64,000 bases of DNA. Source: Betaproteobacteria bacterium. GTDB lineage: Bacteria > Pseudomonadota > Gammaproteobacteria > Burkholderiales > Burkholderiaceae_C. The notes beneath the pieces are model-generated. The model made no database searches. It was given only the letters and a program-made list of their open reading frames with translations, and was not told where the DNA came from. The stretch covers positions 42,941 to 106,940 of the forward strand of contig JAYSYH010000109.1 in NCBI GenBank assembly GCA_043716645.1, given 5' to 3'. Positions within the stretch are counted from its first letter, which is position 1. The number at the start of each line of letters is the position of its first letter. Of this stretch, positions 25,651-36,373 are shown in pieces. The position numbers and the translations under genes are program-made.

Positions 25651-28395
25651 ATGTTCCCCAAGATCCTGACCCAGATATTCGGCAGCCGGAACGAGCGCCT
25701 GCTCAAGACCTACCGGCGCATCGTGGACCAGGTGAACGCGCTGGAAGCCCCGCTTGAAACGTTGTCTGACGTTGAGTTGCGCGCCAAGACCGAAGAATTC
25801 CGCAAGCGCCTGGCCGACGGCACCACGCTCGACGACCTGCTGCCCGAGGCGTTTGCCGCAGTGCGAGAGGCGGGCAAGCGGGTGCTGAAGATGCGTCACT
25901 TCGACGTGCAGCTGATTGGCGGCATCACGTTGCACCAGGGCAAGATCGCCGAGATGCGAACCGGCGAAGGTAAGACGCTGATGGCCACGCTGCCGGTTTA
26001 TCTGAACGCGCTGGCCGGCAAGGGTGTGCATCTCGTGACGGTCAACGACTATCTCGTGCGCCGCGATGCGGAGTGGATGGGTCGCATTTACAACTTCATG
26101 GGCATGACGGTGGGCGTCAACGTGGCCGGCATGAGTCGCGAAGAGAAGCAAGCGGCTTTCGCTGCCGACATCACCTATGGCACCAACAACGAATTCGGCT
26201 TCGACTACCTGCGCGACAACATGGTGCAGGACGTGCGCGATCGCGTCGCCAGAGGCCTGAATTACGCCATCGTCGATGAGGTCGATTCGATCCTGATCGA
26301 CGAGGCTCGCACGCCGCTGATCATCTCGGGCCAAGCCGAGGACCACACCGAGATGTACGTGCGCATCAACGCCGTGGTCCCGCGCATGAAGAAGCAAATC
26401 GGCGAGGAAGACATTCGCACCGGTGAAGGCGTGATCGACGCCGGCGATTTCACCGTCGACGAGAAGACGCACCAGGTCTTCCTGACCGAGTTGGGCCACG
26501 AAAAGGCCGAACAGCTGCTGGGTGAAGCCGGTTTGCTGCCGCCAGGCGCCAGCCTGTACGACCCGTCGAACATCGCGCTGATGCACCACGTGTATGCCGC
26601 GTTGCGCGCCAGCCACCTCTACAACAGAGACCAGCATTACGTCGTGCAGGACGGCGAGGTGGTGATCGTCGATGAATTCACCGGTCGCCTGATGACGGGC
26701 CGGCGCTGGAGCGACGGTTTGCATCAGGCCGTCGAAGCCAAAGAAGGCGTACAGATCCAGTCCGAAAACCAGACGCTCGCGTCCGTCACTTTTCAGAATT
26801 ACTTCCGCATGTACGGCAAGCTCGGCGGCATGACCGGCACGGCCGACACCGAGGCTTATGAGTTCCAGGAAATCTACAACCTGGAAACGGTGGTCATACC
26901 GCCGAATCGGCCGACGATCCGCAAGGACGACAACGACCTGATCTACAAGACGACGGCTGAGAAATACAACGCCGTCACGACCGACATCCGCGACTGTCAC
27001 GCACGTGGTCAACCGGTGCTGGTGGGCACCACGTCGATCGAAAATTCCGAGTTGATTTCCGCGCTGCTGACCACCGCCCAGTTGCCACACCAGGTGTTGA
27101 ACGCCAAGCAGCACGCCCGCGAGGCCGAGATCGTGGCCCAGGCCGGCCGACCGGGGGTCATCACCATTGCCACCAACATGGCAGGCCGCGGCACCGACAT
27201 TGTGCTGGGTGGCAACGTCGAGAAGCAGATCCAGTTCCTCGAAGAAGACGCCGCTCTGGCGCCCGAAGAACGCGAGGGACGGGCGCAGCAGCTGAAAGAC
27301 GAATGGCAGTCGCTGCACGAACAGGTGAAGGCCGCCGGCGGCCTGCGCATCGTGGCCACCGAGCGCCACGAAAGTCGGCGCATCGACAACCAGCTGCGTG
27401 GCCGGTCAGGTCGCCAGGGCGACCCCGGTGCCAGTCGGTTCTACCTGAGCCTTGACGATCAGCTGATGCGCATATTCGCGGGTGACCGCGTGCGGGCCAT
27501 CATGGACCGGCTGAAGATGCCCGAGGGCGAGGCTATTGAGGCCGGCATCGTCAACCGCAGTATCGAAAGTGCGCAGCGCAAGGTCGAAGCGCGCAACTTT
27601 GACATGCGCAAGCAATTGCTGGAGTACGACGACGTCGCCAACGACCAGCGCAAGGTCATCTACCAGCAGCGCAACGAGATCCTGGAGGCAACGAATCTCG
27701 ACGAGCAGATCACCAACCTGCGCAAGAGCACGATGGTCGACGTGGTGCGCACCTTCGTGCCGGCTGGCACGCTGGAAGAACAGTGGGACTTGGACGCGCT
27801 GGAGCGTGTGCTGCGCGAGGAATGGCAGCTCGACGTAGCACTGAAGGCCGAGGTCGAGAAGAGCGATTCAGTCACCGACGATGACGTCGTTGCCAAAGTA
27901 GCAGCGGCTGCCGACGTGCACTTTGCGGCCAAGATCGAATTGGTTGGCGGCGAGCAGTTCACGCCTTTCATGCGCATGGTGCTGCTGCAGGCCATCGACA
28001 GCCACTGGCGCGAGCACCTGGCCGCACTGGACTATCTGCGCCAGGGCATCCACCTGCGCGGTTACGCCCAGAAGAACCCGAAGCAGGAGTACAAGCGCGA
28101 GGCCTTTGACCTGTTCAGCCAATTGCTTGACGTGGTGAAGATGGAAGTGACGCGCGTGTTGATGAACGTGCGTATCCAGTCACCCGAGCAGGTGACCGAG
28201 GCTGCTGAAGTGATGGAAGCCAAGGCCGAGCAGATCGCCAACGTGACCTACACCCACCCCAACGAGGATGGCAGCGTCTCGTCAGAGACCGACCCCGCCA
28301 CCGCGTTGGCCGATGTGCCCAAGGTCGGCCGCAACGACCCTTGCCCATGCGGAAGCGGGAAGAAGTACAAGGCTTGCCACGGAAAGTTGGCCTGA
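25651..28395 (+). CDS. secA: Preprotein translocase subunit SecA
   Basis: [59 protein letters not shown]-terminal [14 protein letters not shown]. Confidence 0.99.
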   Translation: MFPKILTQIFGSRNERLLKTYRRIVDQVNALEAPLETLSDVELRAKTEEFRKRLADGTTLDDLLPEAFAAVREAGKRVLKMRHFDVQLIGGITLHQGKIAEMRTGEGKTLMATLPVYLNALAGKGVHLVTVNDYLVRRDAEWMGRIYNFMGMTVGVNVAGMSREEKQAAFAADITYGTNNEFGFDYLRDNMVQDVRDRVARGLNYAIVDEVDSILIDEARTPLIISGQAEDHTEMYVRINAVVPRMKKQIGEEDIRTGEGVIDAGDFTVDEKTHQVFLTELGHEKAEQLLGEAGLLPPGASLYDPSNIALMHHVYAALRASHLYNRDQHYVVQDGEVVIVDEFTGRLMTGRRWSDGLHQAVEAKEGVQIQSENQTLASVTFQNYFRMYGKLGGMTGTADTEAYEFQEIYNLETVVIPPNRPTIRKDDNDLIYKTTAEKYNAVTTDIRDCHARGQPVLVGTTSIENSELISALLTTAQLPHQVLNAKQHAREAEIVAQAGRPGVITIATNMAGRGTDIVLGGNVEKQIQFLEEDAALAPEEREGRAQQLKDEWQSLHEQVKAAGGLRIVATERHESRRIDNQLRGRSGRQGDPGASRFYLSLDDQLMRIFAGDRVRAIMDRLKMPEGEAIEAGIVNRSIESAQRKVEARNFDMRKQLLEYDDVANDQRKVIYQQRNEILEATNLDEQITNLRKSTMVDVVRTFVPAGTLEEQWDLDALERVLREEWQLDVALKAEVEKSDSVTDDDVVAKVAAAADVHFAAKIELVGGEQFTPFMRMVLLQAIDSHWREHLAALDYLRQGIHLRGYAQKNPKQEYKREAFDLFSQLLDVVKMEVTRVLMNVRIQSPEQVTEAAEVMEAKAEQIANVTYTHPNEDGSVSSETDPATALADVPKVGRNDPCPCGSGKKYKACHGKLA

Positions 28396-28457
28396 ACCCG
28401 AAGCGGCAGGCCATAGCGACCGACTGTCTGGCCGTCCGAGACTGGCGTCTGCGTGAT

Positions 28458-28955
28458 TCAGAGCCCCGGGGCGGTGGGTTGCAGCGTGCAGATGCCGGCG
28501 CCCGCAGCCGCGTTGAAGGCGCCTGTCCGCAGGCTACATGCCACGCTTGGCGTCGGCACGATCGCGCAGGTCGATACCATGCCCTGCTCATCGAGCTGTC
28601 GCCGCCTGGCAGCCGCATCGTCCGATACCAGCTTTTGAAGCGCTGCTTCAGACGTGCGCCAGCTTGACCATGCTCTGTAGACCTCCGGTCCGCCACACGC
28701 CCGGGCGCCAATACCGATGACGCGGCAGTCCTGGCTGTTCCTGCAGGCAGCATCGCCGATCAGGGCCTCGATCCGGCCTAAGCCGGCAAGTTCGGCTGAT
28801 TGCTGGTGCGAGGGGTCGGCCCGCGTGACGACTGGCGTCGCCGTATCGCTTGTTCCGCCCGCTCCGCCCGAGGGGGTGGCGGTGCCGGCCGCAGCGAAGG
28901 ACAGCGCAGCCAGACAGGACCCGGCCGCGAGTAGTTTCAGGCAATTCGGGGACAT
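28458..28955 (-). CDS. Small secreted cysteine-rich hypothetical protein
   Basis: Start at ATG 28955; signal-like N-terminus, G/T/S linker, six-Cys domain (AC....DC..IGIGARACGGP..Y.AWS...STC.....VAC.....C.L). Confidence 0.72.
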   Translation of the reverse strand: MSPNCLKLLAAGSCLAALSFAAAGTATPSGGAGGTSDTATPVVTRADPSHQQSAELAGLGRIEALIGDAACRNSQDCRVIGIGARACGGPEVYRAWSSWRTSEAALQKLVSDDAAARRRQLDEQGMVSTCAIVPTPSVACSLRTGAFNAAAGAGICTLQPTAPGL

Positions 28956-29102
28956 GTTGTGCAAGCGATGCAAGATTCGGGCGGTCGGCCAACGGCGGCG
29001 ATGGAGTCTGCAGCAAGCTGCAGTGCGGCTGCCACAGTCTAGAGGCAATCCGCCGTCAGGGCGGAAGCCTTGCCGGTCTTGTTTGGGCTGGTGCCTGTCA
29101 TC

Positions 29103-31556
29103 GTGAGCGGTGCTGAGCCTGCTGCTGTAGGGCCGGGTCGCCATGCACCTGGCTCAGCGGGCCAAGACGAATTGCAGCACCTGTTCGGCTTGTTTCAAGC
29201 GGGTCGCTATGAGGACATGGAAACCGCCGCTGCTCAATGGGCAGGGCGCAGCCCGGGCGAAGGCCAAGCTTTGAAGGCCTGGGGTGTCGCACTGCAAATG
29301 CAGGGGAAGGACGCGCTGCTGGTCTTGCAGCGCGCTGTCGCATTGCTGCCGGGCGACGCTGACCTGGCCTGCACGCTGGGTGTTGCACATGCCGCGCAGG
29401 GCGCCTTGAGGCCGGCAGCGGCAGTCTATCGGCAAGCCTTGCAGATCGACGTCCAGCACGCTTTGGCGCAGAGCAACCTGTGTGACGTGCTGGGGCGACT
29501 GGGCGAGTGGGCCGCTGCCGAGTCACATGGCCGCCATGCACTCCAGTTGCAGCCCGCATTGGCGCCGGCCCACGTCAATCTGGGTCATGCACTGAGAGGC
29601 CAGGGCCGGCTCCTTGATGCCGCAGCCAGCTATCGGCGCGCTATCGACCGCCAGCCCCGTCTGGCTGCGGCCCACACGGGTTTGGGCATAGCTTTGAAGG
29701 AGCTGGCTGAGCTGCAAGCAGCCATTCAGCACTTGCGCATCGCCGTGGAAATTCAGCCCCAGTCGGTTGCTTACGACCAACTCGGCGTCTGTCTGCACCT
29801 GTCGGGGCAGCTGCAGGATGCGCTGCTCTGCTGGCACCATGCGTTGCGCCTGCGCCCGAACTTCGCTGCCGCTCACCATCACCTGGCGAATGCCTTGGCC
29901 GAGCTGCAACGTCCTGAGGAGGCGCTGACCAGCTACCGCCGCGCGCTGGACGGTGAGCCTGGGCATGCCGAGATACACGTCAATCTTGGCGCCGTGTTGC
30001 TGACCCTGGCGCGTCCTGCAGAGGCCGAGATCAGCTTGCGCGCAGCTTTGGCGCTGCAGCCCGATCTGTCGTTGGCGCACCTCAATCTGGGCAACGCCTG
30101 CGTGCAACTGGGACGCTGGCAGCAGGGGCTGGCCCACCATCAGCAGGCGGCAGCGTTGGCGCCCAGGCTGGTTCAGGCGCAGGAGAACCTGGGGCATACG
30201 CTCAAGATCTTGGGCCGGTCTGAAGAGGCGCTGGGCTGTTTCGAGCATGCATTGGCGCTGCAGCCGAATCAACCGCAGCGCCACAGTGCGGTGCTCTTTG
30301 CGTTGCAATTCCTGCCCAGCAGTGCGCAGCGGCGTGCGGACGCTCTGCTCGCGGCGCATCGGTTCGGCGCTCTGGCGACACGTCTGGCGCGCCCGTACAA
30401 GACCTGGGGGAATGCACCGCAGCCGCAACGGCGCCTGCGCGTCGGGCTGTTGTCGGCCGACCTGCGCCAGCATCCGGTTGCCTACTTCACCGAGTCGGTG
30501 CTCGCTGTCTGGGCCGGACAGCCGGATGCGCCTGTCGAGATCTGGGTTTACGACAACCACCGCCGCGCTCCCGGCAGTGCGCTCGACGCCGTCACCCAGC
30601 GGCTGCAAGCGCTGGTGTGTCGATGGCGGCAGGTCGGTGATCTGGACGATGCTGGCTTGGCCGAGCTGATCCACCGCGACGGCGTGGATGTGCTGATCGA
30701 TCTGTCCGGCCACACCCATCAAAATCGGCTGCCCGTGATGGCGTGGCGGCCGGCGCCCGTCCAAGTCAGCTGGCTGGGCTATTGCGCAACCACGGGCCTG
30801 GCCGAGCTCGACGCCTACATCGCCGACCCTTGGACAGTGCCGGCCGACGCCAGTGCCGAGTTCATCGAGCCCGTCGTTCGGCTGCCCGAGACTTTCCTGT
30901 GTTTCACGCCGCCCCAACCCGAGTTGCCGGTTTCACCGTTGCCGGCCCTGGTGTGCGGATATTTTTGCTTTGGAGCTTTGCACAACCTGGCCAAGATCAA
31001 CGACGACACGGTGGCGCTGTGGTCGCGGGTGCTGCAGGCCGTGCCGCGCAGCCGGTTGGTCTTGCAGTCCAGTGGATTGCAAGACCCAGAGGTTCAGCAA
31101 CAAGTCCGTCAGCGGTTCGGCAGGCTCGGCATCGACGCAAGTCGCTTGCTGTTGCGACCAGCGCAAACGCGCGTCGACTACCTTGCGGCGTATGCCGACA
31201 TCGACATCGCGCTTGACGCAAACCCTTACCCGGGCGGCACGACCACAGCCGAAGCCCTTTGGATGGGGGTGCCGGTGCTGACCCTGCCAGGGCCGACTGC
31301 CCTGTCGCGACAGGGCGCCAGCCTGCTGCGCAACGTCGGCTTGGCAGACTGGATTGCCCGCGACGCGGATGACTGCGTGAGATTGGCCAGCGCGCACGCC
31401 AGCCAGCCTGCAGCGCTGCAGGCGCTACGCTCTGACTTGCGCCGGCGCATGCTGAATTCGCCGCTGTGCGATGGGCCGCGGTTCGCCGGCCATCTGGAAA
31501 GCCTTCTGCGCGATCTGTGGCATGCCTGGTGCGAACGTAGGGAACCTGTGCGCTAG
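29103..31556 (+). CDS. TPR-containing O-GlcNAc-transferase/SPINDLY-like glycosyltransferase (GT41)
   Basis: About ten TPRs (A..NLG..L...G), then RVGLLSADLRQHPVAYF, DLSGHT, APVQVSWLGY..TTG, NLAKIN, DANPYPGGTTTAEALWMGVPV. Start uncertain (29070 or 29103). Confidence 0.9.
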   Translation: MSGAEPAAVGPGRHAPGSAGQDELQHLFGLFQAGRYEDMETAAAQWAGRSPGEGQALKAWGVALQMQGKDALLVLQRAVALLPGDADLACTLGVAHAAQGALRPAAAVYRQALQIDVQHALAQSNLCDVLGRLGEWAAAESHGRHALQLQPALAPAHVNLGHALRGQGRLLDAAASYRRAIDRQPRLAAAHTGLGIALKELAELQAAIQHLRIAVEIQPQSVAYDQLGVCLHLSGQLQDALLCWHHALRLRPNFAAAHHHLANALAELQRPEEALTSYRRALDGEPGHAEIHVNLGAVLLTLARPAEAEISLRAALALQPDLSLAHLNLGNACVQLGRWQQGLAHHQQAAALAPRLVQAQENLGHTLKILGRSEEALGCFEHALALQPNQPQRHSAVLFALQFLPSSAQRRADALLAAHRFGALATRLARPYKTWGNAPQPQRRLRVGLLSADLRQHPVAYFTESVLAVWAGQPDAPVEIWVYDNHRRAPGSALDAVTQRLQALVCRWRQVGDLDDAGLAELIHRDGVDVLIDLSGHTHQNRLPVMAWRPAPVQVSWLGYCATTGLAELDAYIADPWTVPADASAEFIEPVVRLPETFLCFTPPQPELPVSPLPALVCGYFCFGALHNLAKINDDTVALWSRVLQAVPRSRLVLQSSGLQDPEVQQQVRQRFGRLGIDASRLLLRPAQTRVDYLAAYADIDIALDANPYPGGTTTAEALWMGVPVLTLPGPTALSRQGASLLRNVGLADWIARDADDCVRLASAHASQPAALQALRSDLRRRMLNSPLCDGPRFAGHLESLLRDLWHAWCERREPVR

Positions 31557-31611
31557 CTGTGCGGCTGCAATCTCAACTGCAGGCGTCTTCGGGCCGGTGG
31601 CTGGGCAAAGA

Positions 31612-31637
31612 AAAAGGGACTGCGTGCAGTCCCTTTT
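31612..31637. terminator. Bidirectional rho-independent terminator between convergent genes
   Basis: AAAAGGGACTGC-GT-GCAGTCCCTTTT inverted repeat with A/T tracts on both sides. Confidence 0.85.
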
Positions 31638-31712
31638 CAGCATACGCAGAGCGCCGCAGAAGTGCCCAGATGAACTCGCCGCGCCTGCAGGCGCAGCAGG
31701 TTCAATCTGCCA

Positions 31713-34700
31713 TCATTGACGCAGCTTCACACTGGAGGTGACACGCGGTGCCTCGGCCGTCAACGGCGCCCCACCGTTCGGTTCAACGCGGATCGCCGTG
31801 GTCGCACGCACCACACCACCTGCGTCCTTGAACTGCACGGCGCCCATGTAGCGGCTGCCCGTGGTCAGACCCGACCACGACAGACCGACTGCTGCCGTCG
31901 AATTCGAGAAGACCTGTCCCGGCAACAGCACATTCAGGTTGTTGGGCACGGCGGTGTCACTGGTGGTGACCACCCAGCTCGACAGCTTGTGCGACATGGT
32001 CGCCGGCCCGCCATAGGCCACCACGCAAACCTTGTAGCTGCCGGCGGCCGGGCTCAACATCTGCACCGCTTCGTTGGAACCGTCATTGCCCGAAACCACC
32101 CAGGTGCCATCCGGTGCCAGCAGGCCCATGTCGTTGTCATCGGTGGCACCGCTAACATCAACTTGGCGCAGGGCAAACCGTGCCACCACCGTGTTGGCGA
32201 GTATCGCCACCGGGTAAACCTTCACCGAGGCCGTGTCCACTCCCGTCGTGCAGGCGGTTTTCAACTGCGCAGAAGTCAGGGCGCTAGGCGTCAAGTTTAC
32301 CGTCGAGCCCAAGGTCACATCTTTCAGGCCTCCCTTGTTGACGGTCATCTTGCCGGCAAATCCTGTACCGACCGTCATCACCTTGCTGCCCGAATTGGTG
32401 TTGCCAGTGATCAAAGCAGGCGAGGAAATCGGGTTGCCGACCTTTGCCGTGACAGGGCTCTTCACGTTGTGCACGCCATCGCTCCAGGTCATCGAGCCGT
32501 AGTTCCACACATTGACCACTGCCGTCGTCGGTGTAAGCCTGAGTGTGAAGGTCTTCGTCTCGCCAGGCGCCAGTGTCAACGTACTGGGCGTCAAGAGCGG
32601 CGTGAAGCCGGCAATCGTCACCGAGCCAGAGTAAGACGCCGATGAACTGCCGACGTTGGTGACCTTGCGGGTCACCGTCACTGCGCCCAGCATCGAGCCC
32701 AGCGTCACACTGGGCAGGTTGTAGTTGTAGGTCTGATCCAGCGTGCCGATCGTGGTGCAGTCCGATGGCGGCGAGACAGCGGGCTTGTTCACCAGGCATT
32801 GGTAGCGGGTGAAATCGGCTGGGCTGTTGTCGTAGACCAGACCAGGGTCGAGCGCAGCCGCCGGATTGATGTGCCCGGCGCCCTGAGCGAACGGCAACAG
32901 CCCGTTCGAGTCACCCGCCACGCCATCATTCAGCGTCGTGTAGGCCGTGGTCATCAGGGCCGACTTGATCGCTGACGGCGACCACGTCGGCTTGGCTTGA
33001 CGCAGCAGCGCGGCGACACCGGCCACATGCGGGCTGGACATCGATGTGCCCTGGTACGAAGCCCAAGCCGCCGACGGAACCAAGGTGCCATTGGCGACAG
33101 CATCGCGTTGGACCTGGGTCAGCACCGGCGTCACGGTGGCGATGACGTCCACGCCGGGTGCCGTCAAGTCCGGCTTCAGCATGTTGGAGTCGCCGCCGTT
33201 AGGGCCGCGCGACGAGAACCCGGCCATGATGGGCGCTGGCTTCGGCACGTTGTAGTAGTTGCTGATGGCGCTGGCGGCAGCAGCACCCGACGCGACGGCG
33301 TAAGCCTGTACCAATGCGCCATCGGCCGCCGTCAGGTGCACCGATGGCACGGTGTGGAAATCAGCCACCAGGCCGGAGCCGTTGTCCACCAACACCATGC
33401 CGACACCACCGCTGGCCTTTACCGCGGCACTTTTGTCGGTGCGGGGGTTGCTGCCACGGGTGCAGATGACGATCTTGCCCGTGATCTTGGCCGGGTCGAG
33501 CACGGTGGGTGACAGGAAGCACAGCTTCAGCTGGGTTGCATCGGCACCTGCCAGGCCTGCGTCTTCGGCGCGGATCAGGGCCGTACTGCCGGACAGCGGC
33601 AAGGTGTTGAACGAAGCGCCAGAGTACTTGGCCGCATTGCCCAGCGTGAGGTCGGCGGTGGGGCCACGGTCATGGGTGGATGCTGCCACGCTGGTCAACC
33701 AGGGACTGACGTGGGCGACGGCCTGCCCAGGCCCGCTGTTGCCGGCTGAAGCGGCCACGAAAATACCAGCGTTGGCCGCGCGCAGAAAGGCTTGTTCAAC
33801 CGGGTCGGCGACGCTGGTCTGGCTGCCGCTGATCGAGTAGTTGATGACCTGGACGCCATCGGCAACGGCTTTATCTATGGCGGCCACGCTGTCGCTGGTG
33901 AAGCACGAATTGGTGCTGCCACTGCCGTCGGTGGCGGCGGCATCGTCATAGGTGTAGCAGACTTTGTAAACCGAAATGCGGGCACGCGGGGCCATGCCGG
34001 AGGCCGGGCCCAAGGCCACGCCCGCGATGACCACCGGCGCCCCCGTGTTGCCGCCAGCGGTGGACGAGGTGTGCGAGCCGTGGCCGCCCTTGCCAGAGGC
34101 GCCGGCGACGGAGTCACGCGGCGAAAAGAACTCAGTCCAGTGCTTGGTGCGACCCGATGCGATGAATCCAGTGTTGAAGTACTGTGCGCCTATCAGCTTG
34201 TTGTTGCAGTGGGTGGCGGCAACAAAACCTTCGCCGGCCACGCAAGTGCCTGAAAAGCCGGCAGGCGCGGGTCCATAAGCCAACGTTCCGCCGCTGAAAA
34301 CCGGCGTGCCGGCGTTCACACGGTCGGCATACGAGGGACTTTCAGGCCACACGCCGCCGTCGACGATGCCGATGACGACGTCTTCACCTTTTACAGCCAA
34401 GCCGCCGACAGTCTGCGACCACACGCCACCCGTAGTGCTCAGGCCCAGGAAAGCCGAAGTCGAGATGGTCTCGAGCTTGCGCTCTTCGTCGGCCACCACG
34501 TCCAGCACCAGCGAACTGGTTCTCAACGTCGCCACTTCGGCGTCAGTCAACCTGGCCGCGAAGCCGTTGTAGGCCGTCTTGTAGCGTGCCAGTACGGGGG
34601 CCCTGGCAATCAGCGCAATCACCGACTGCTGTTGCATGTCCAAATAAGCGTGATAGGACTTCACGTTGGCGTCGCGCACATTGAACCGGGTACCCGCAGC

Positions 34701-34889
34701 GGGCCGCGTGGCCGCGTAACCACTGACGTTGCCGGTGTAGCTGGCAGCGGGCTCGGCAGCCAATTGCACGATGTAGGTTTTGCGGGAATCGCCGCCCAGG
34801 CTCAGGGCGCGGACGTCGACCGGACCGGCAGCGTGTGCGTATTCGGCCATCAGCGTGAACACGGCCAGGGAGATGGAAAGTAGCTTCAT
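31713..34889 (-). CDS. Secreted S8 subtilisin-like serine peptidase (I9 prodomain, PA domain, Fn3-like and extra C-terminal domains)
   Basis: Catalytic motifs IGIVDGG, GHGSHTSSTAGG, ASAGNSG, GTSMSSPHVAG; KPDLTAPGV; PA insert GKIVICTRG; DPGLVYD; NLPSV. Confidence 0.95.
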   Translation of the reverse strand: MKLLSISLAVFTLMAEYAHAAGPVDVRALSLGGDSRKTYIVQLAAEPAASYTGNVSGYAATRPAAGTRFNVRDANVKSYHAYLDMQQQSVIALIARAPVLARYKTAYNGFAARLTDAEVATLRTSSLVLDVVADEERKLETISTSAFLGLSTTGGVWSQTVGGLAVKGEDVVIGIVDGGVWPESPSYADRVNAGTPVFSGGTLAYGPAPAGFSGTCVAGEGFVAATHCNNKLIGAQYFNTGFIASGRTKHWTEFFSPRDSVAGASGKGGHGSHTSSTAGGNTGAPVVIAGVALGPASGMAPRARISVYKVCYTYDDAAATDGSGSTNSCFTSDSVAAIDKAVADGVQVINYSISGSQTSVADPVEQAFLRAANAGIFVAASAGNSGPGQAVAHVSPWLTSVAASTHDRGPTADLTLGNAAKYSGASFNTLPLSGSTALIRAEDAGLAGADATQLKLCFLSPTVLDPAKITGKIVICTRGSNPRTDKSAAVKASGGVGMVLVDNGSGLVADFHTVPSVHLTAADGALVQAYAVASGAAAASAISNYYNVPKPAPIMAGFSSRGPNGGDSNMLKPDLTAPGVDVIATVTPVLTQVQRDAVANGTLVPSAAWASYQGTSMSSPHVAGVAALLRQAKPTWSPSAIKSALMTTAYTTLNDGVAGDSNGLLPFAQGAGHINPAAALDPGLVYDNSPADFTRYQCLVNKPAVSPPSDCTTIGTLDQTYNYNLPSVTLGSMLGAVTVTRKVTNVGSSSASYSGSVTIAGFTPLLTPSTLTLAPGETKTFTLRLTPTTAVVNVWNYGSMTWSDGVHNVKSPVTAKVGNPISSPALITGNTNSGSKVMTVGTGFAGKMTVNKGGLKDVTLGSTVNLTPSALTSAQLKTACTTGVDTASVKVYPVAILANTVVARFALRQVDVSGATDDNDMGLLAPDGTWVVSGNDGSNEAVQMLSPAAGSYKVCVVAYGGPATMSHKLSSWVVTTSDTAVPNNLNVLLPGQVFSNSTAAVGLSWSGLTTGSRYMGAVQFKDAGGVVRATTAIRVEPNGGAPLTAEAPRVTSSVKLRQ

Positions 34890-34937
34890 CGATAAATCCT
34901 TGAATTCTTGAATGCTTGAGCTTGAAGGGGTTCGCGT

Positions 34938-35684
34938 TCAGGCGGCGGTTCGTGCGCTGCGGCGGACAAGTCCACCCATCGCCATCAAGCCCAGGCCCAT
35001 CAACAGCCATTGCGAAGGCTCGGGCACGGCCGTTACAACGATGTTGTCCAACGCAAACTGGGCCTTGTCGGACGTGCGGTTGCAACTGCCCGCCGCGTTG
35101 CAGGCGAAACCCCGAAACGCCAACTCCACGATGGGAGTGCTGGAGTTCGTCGCGTTCAGCATGTAGCTGGCGAAGCTGTAAACGCCGGCCGTCGGGCCGG
35201 GAATCGAGAACTGCTGGGAAAAAACCTGGGCAGTGGCTGAGTAACCTTCGACTTGCAGAACCATTGCGCCGGCCGGGATCGTGTCACCCAGCACGGCCAC
35301 GAAGCTAGCGCTGAATTGCGTGGCGAAAAATCCGCCCGTCACCGTGGACTGCACGTCGATCAGCCCGTCGTTCAACGCAATCAAGTAGTTGCCGGTGTTG
35401 TTGGTTGGGCAGACCAGGTAGTCGCCGCAGCCCGCGGCGGCGATGTTGGTGCTGTCTGCCACCACGCCCACCAGATCGGCACCGGCTACAGCGCCTGCTT
35501 TGGTGTTGATCGCACCGACAAAAAAGCCCTTGTTGACGAGGAAGTCGTTGTGCGTCAGCAGCGGATAAAAAGCGATGCTGGCCGAGTTAATGGCGCCCTC
35601 GAAGTCGACCACTACAGCTTGCGATGCGGTGCTGGCCGACAGCACAGCCATGCCGAGGAACAATGGGGTGAAATTTCGCTTCAT
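34938..35684 (-). CDS. PEP-CTERM sorting-domain protein with a QFxLD motif
   Basis: Signal peptide from ATG 35684; 'AQFALDNI' just before VPEPSQWLLMGLGLMAMGGLVRR (VPEP + TM + basic tail). Confidence 0.92.
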   Translation of the reverse strand: MKRNFTPLFLGMAVLSASTASQAVVVDFEGAINSASIAFYPLLTHNDFLVNKGFFVGAINTKAGAVAGADLVGVVADSTNIAAAGCGDYLVCPTNNTGNYLIALNDGLIDVQSTVTGGFFATQFSASFVAVLGDTIPAGAMVLQVEGYSATAQVFSQQFSIPGPTAGVYSFASYMLNATNSSTPIVELAFRGFACNAAGSCNRTSDKAQFALDNIVVTAVPEPSQWLLMGLGLMAMGGLVRRSARTAA

Positions 35685-35929
35685 GGAAAGTCCTGGTGAT
35701 GACACAGAGTGGGTCGGTTGAGCGTCCAGTACGCGGTGGGCAAGCAGGACCGTGCAGGTTTGCCGTCCCACGATCACCCACTGGACTTCAGTACGACCAA
35801 AAGCTTTTGCAATATCGAGGTTAGTGCAGCCTGACCGCAGCGAACGCCATGTTTGTCCTTGTACCCCTTCACCTGAGTGGGCGGGTTTATGCGCCCCCCG
35901 CCCACCAATGGCCGCGGTGAGGCCAGGAA

Positions 35930-36361
35930 TCAAAGGCAGCGCAACAGCTTGATGCGCGCGTCGCGTTGCAGGCTGAAAACCAGGGCCGCACTGGGGTCAC
36001 TGGGGTCGGCCGGTGTGATCGTCAGCGTGAGCATGCTGCCGTGCAATTTGCCGCTGAACTGGGCGGCTGCTGGCGCCGCGGCTGCCGCTCGTTGCGGGCC
36101 GGGCTGGTGGTTCTCGAAACTGCCCTGAGCGTTGAATGTGCCGTCGGATGACACCATGACCGGGCTGCCTGAGCTGCCAAAGCGGCCACTCGCGCAGTCG
36201 CTCTCGACCCGCCCGCCCTGCGGGTCCACCACCAGTTGCAAGCGGTCTCCGGCCCATTGCCCTTGCAGTACGGTGGGCGCCGGGCCGGCGTTCGTCGTCG
36301 CAACCATGGCCAGCAACCCTCCAGCGACCGCCAGAAAACTCAAACCGTTTTGGTTCGCCAT
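35930..36361 (-). CDS. Small secreted hypothetical protein, probably all-beta
   Basis: Hydrophobic signal; GQWAG..L.V...GGRVESDCASG ... FSG..HGSMLTLTI ... C-terminal RCL. Start placed downstream of the terminator at 36374-36410. Confidence 0.68.
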   Translation of the reverse strand: MANQNGLSFLAVAGGLLAMVATTNAGPAPTVLQGQWAGDRLQLVVDPQGGRVESDCASGRFGSSGSPVMVSSDGTFNAQGSFENHQPGPQRAAAAAPAAAQFSGKLHGSMLTLTITPADPSDPSAALVFSLQRDARIKLLRCL

Positions 36362-36373
36362 CCAGCAAGCTCC

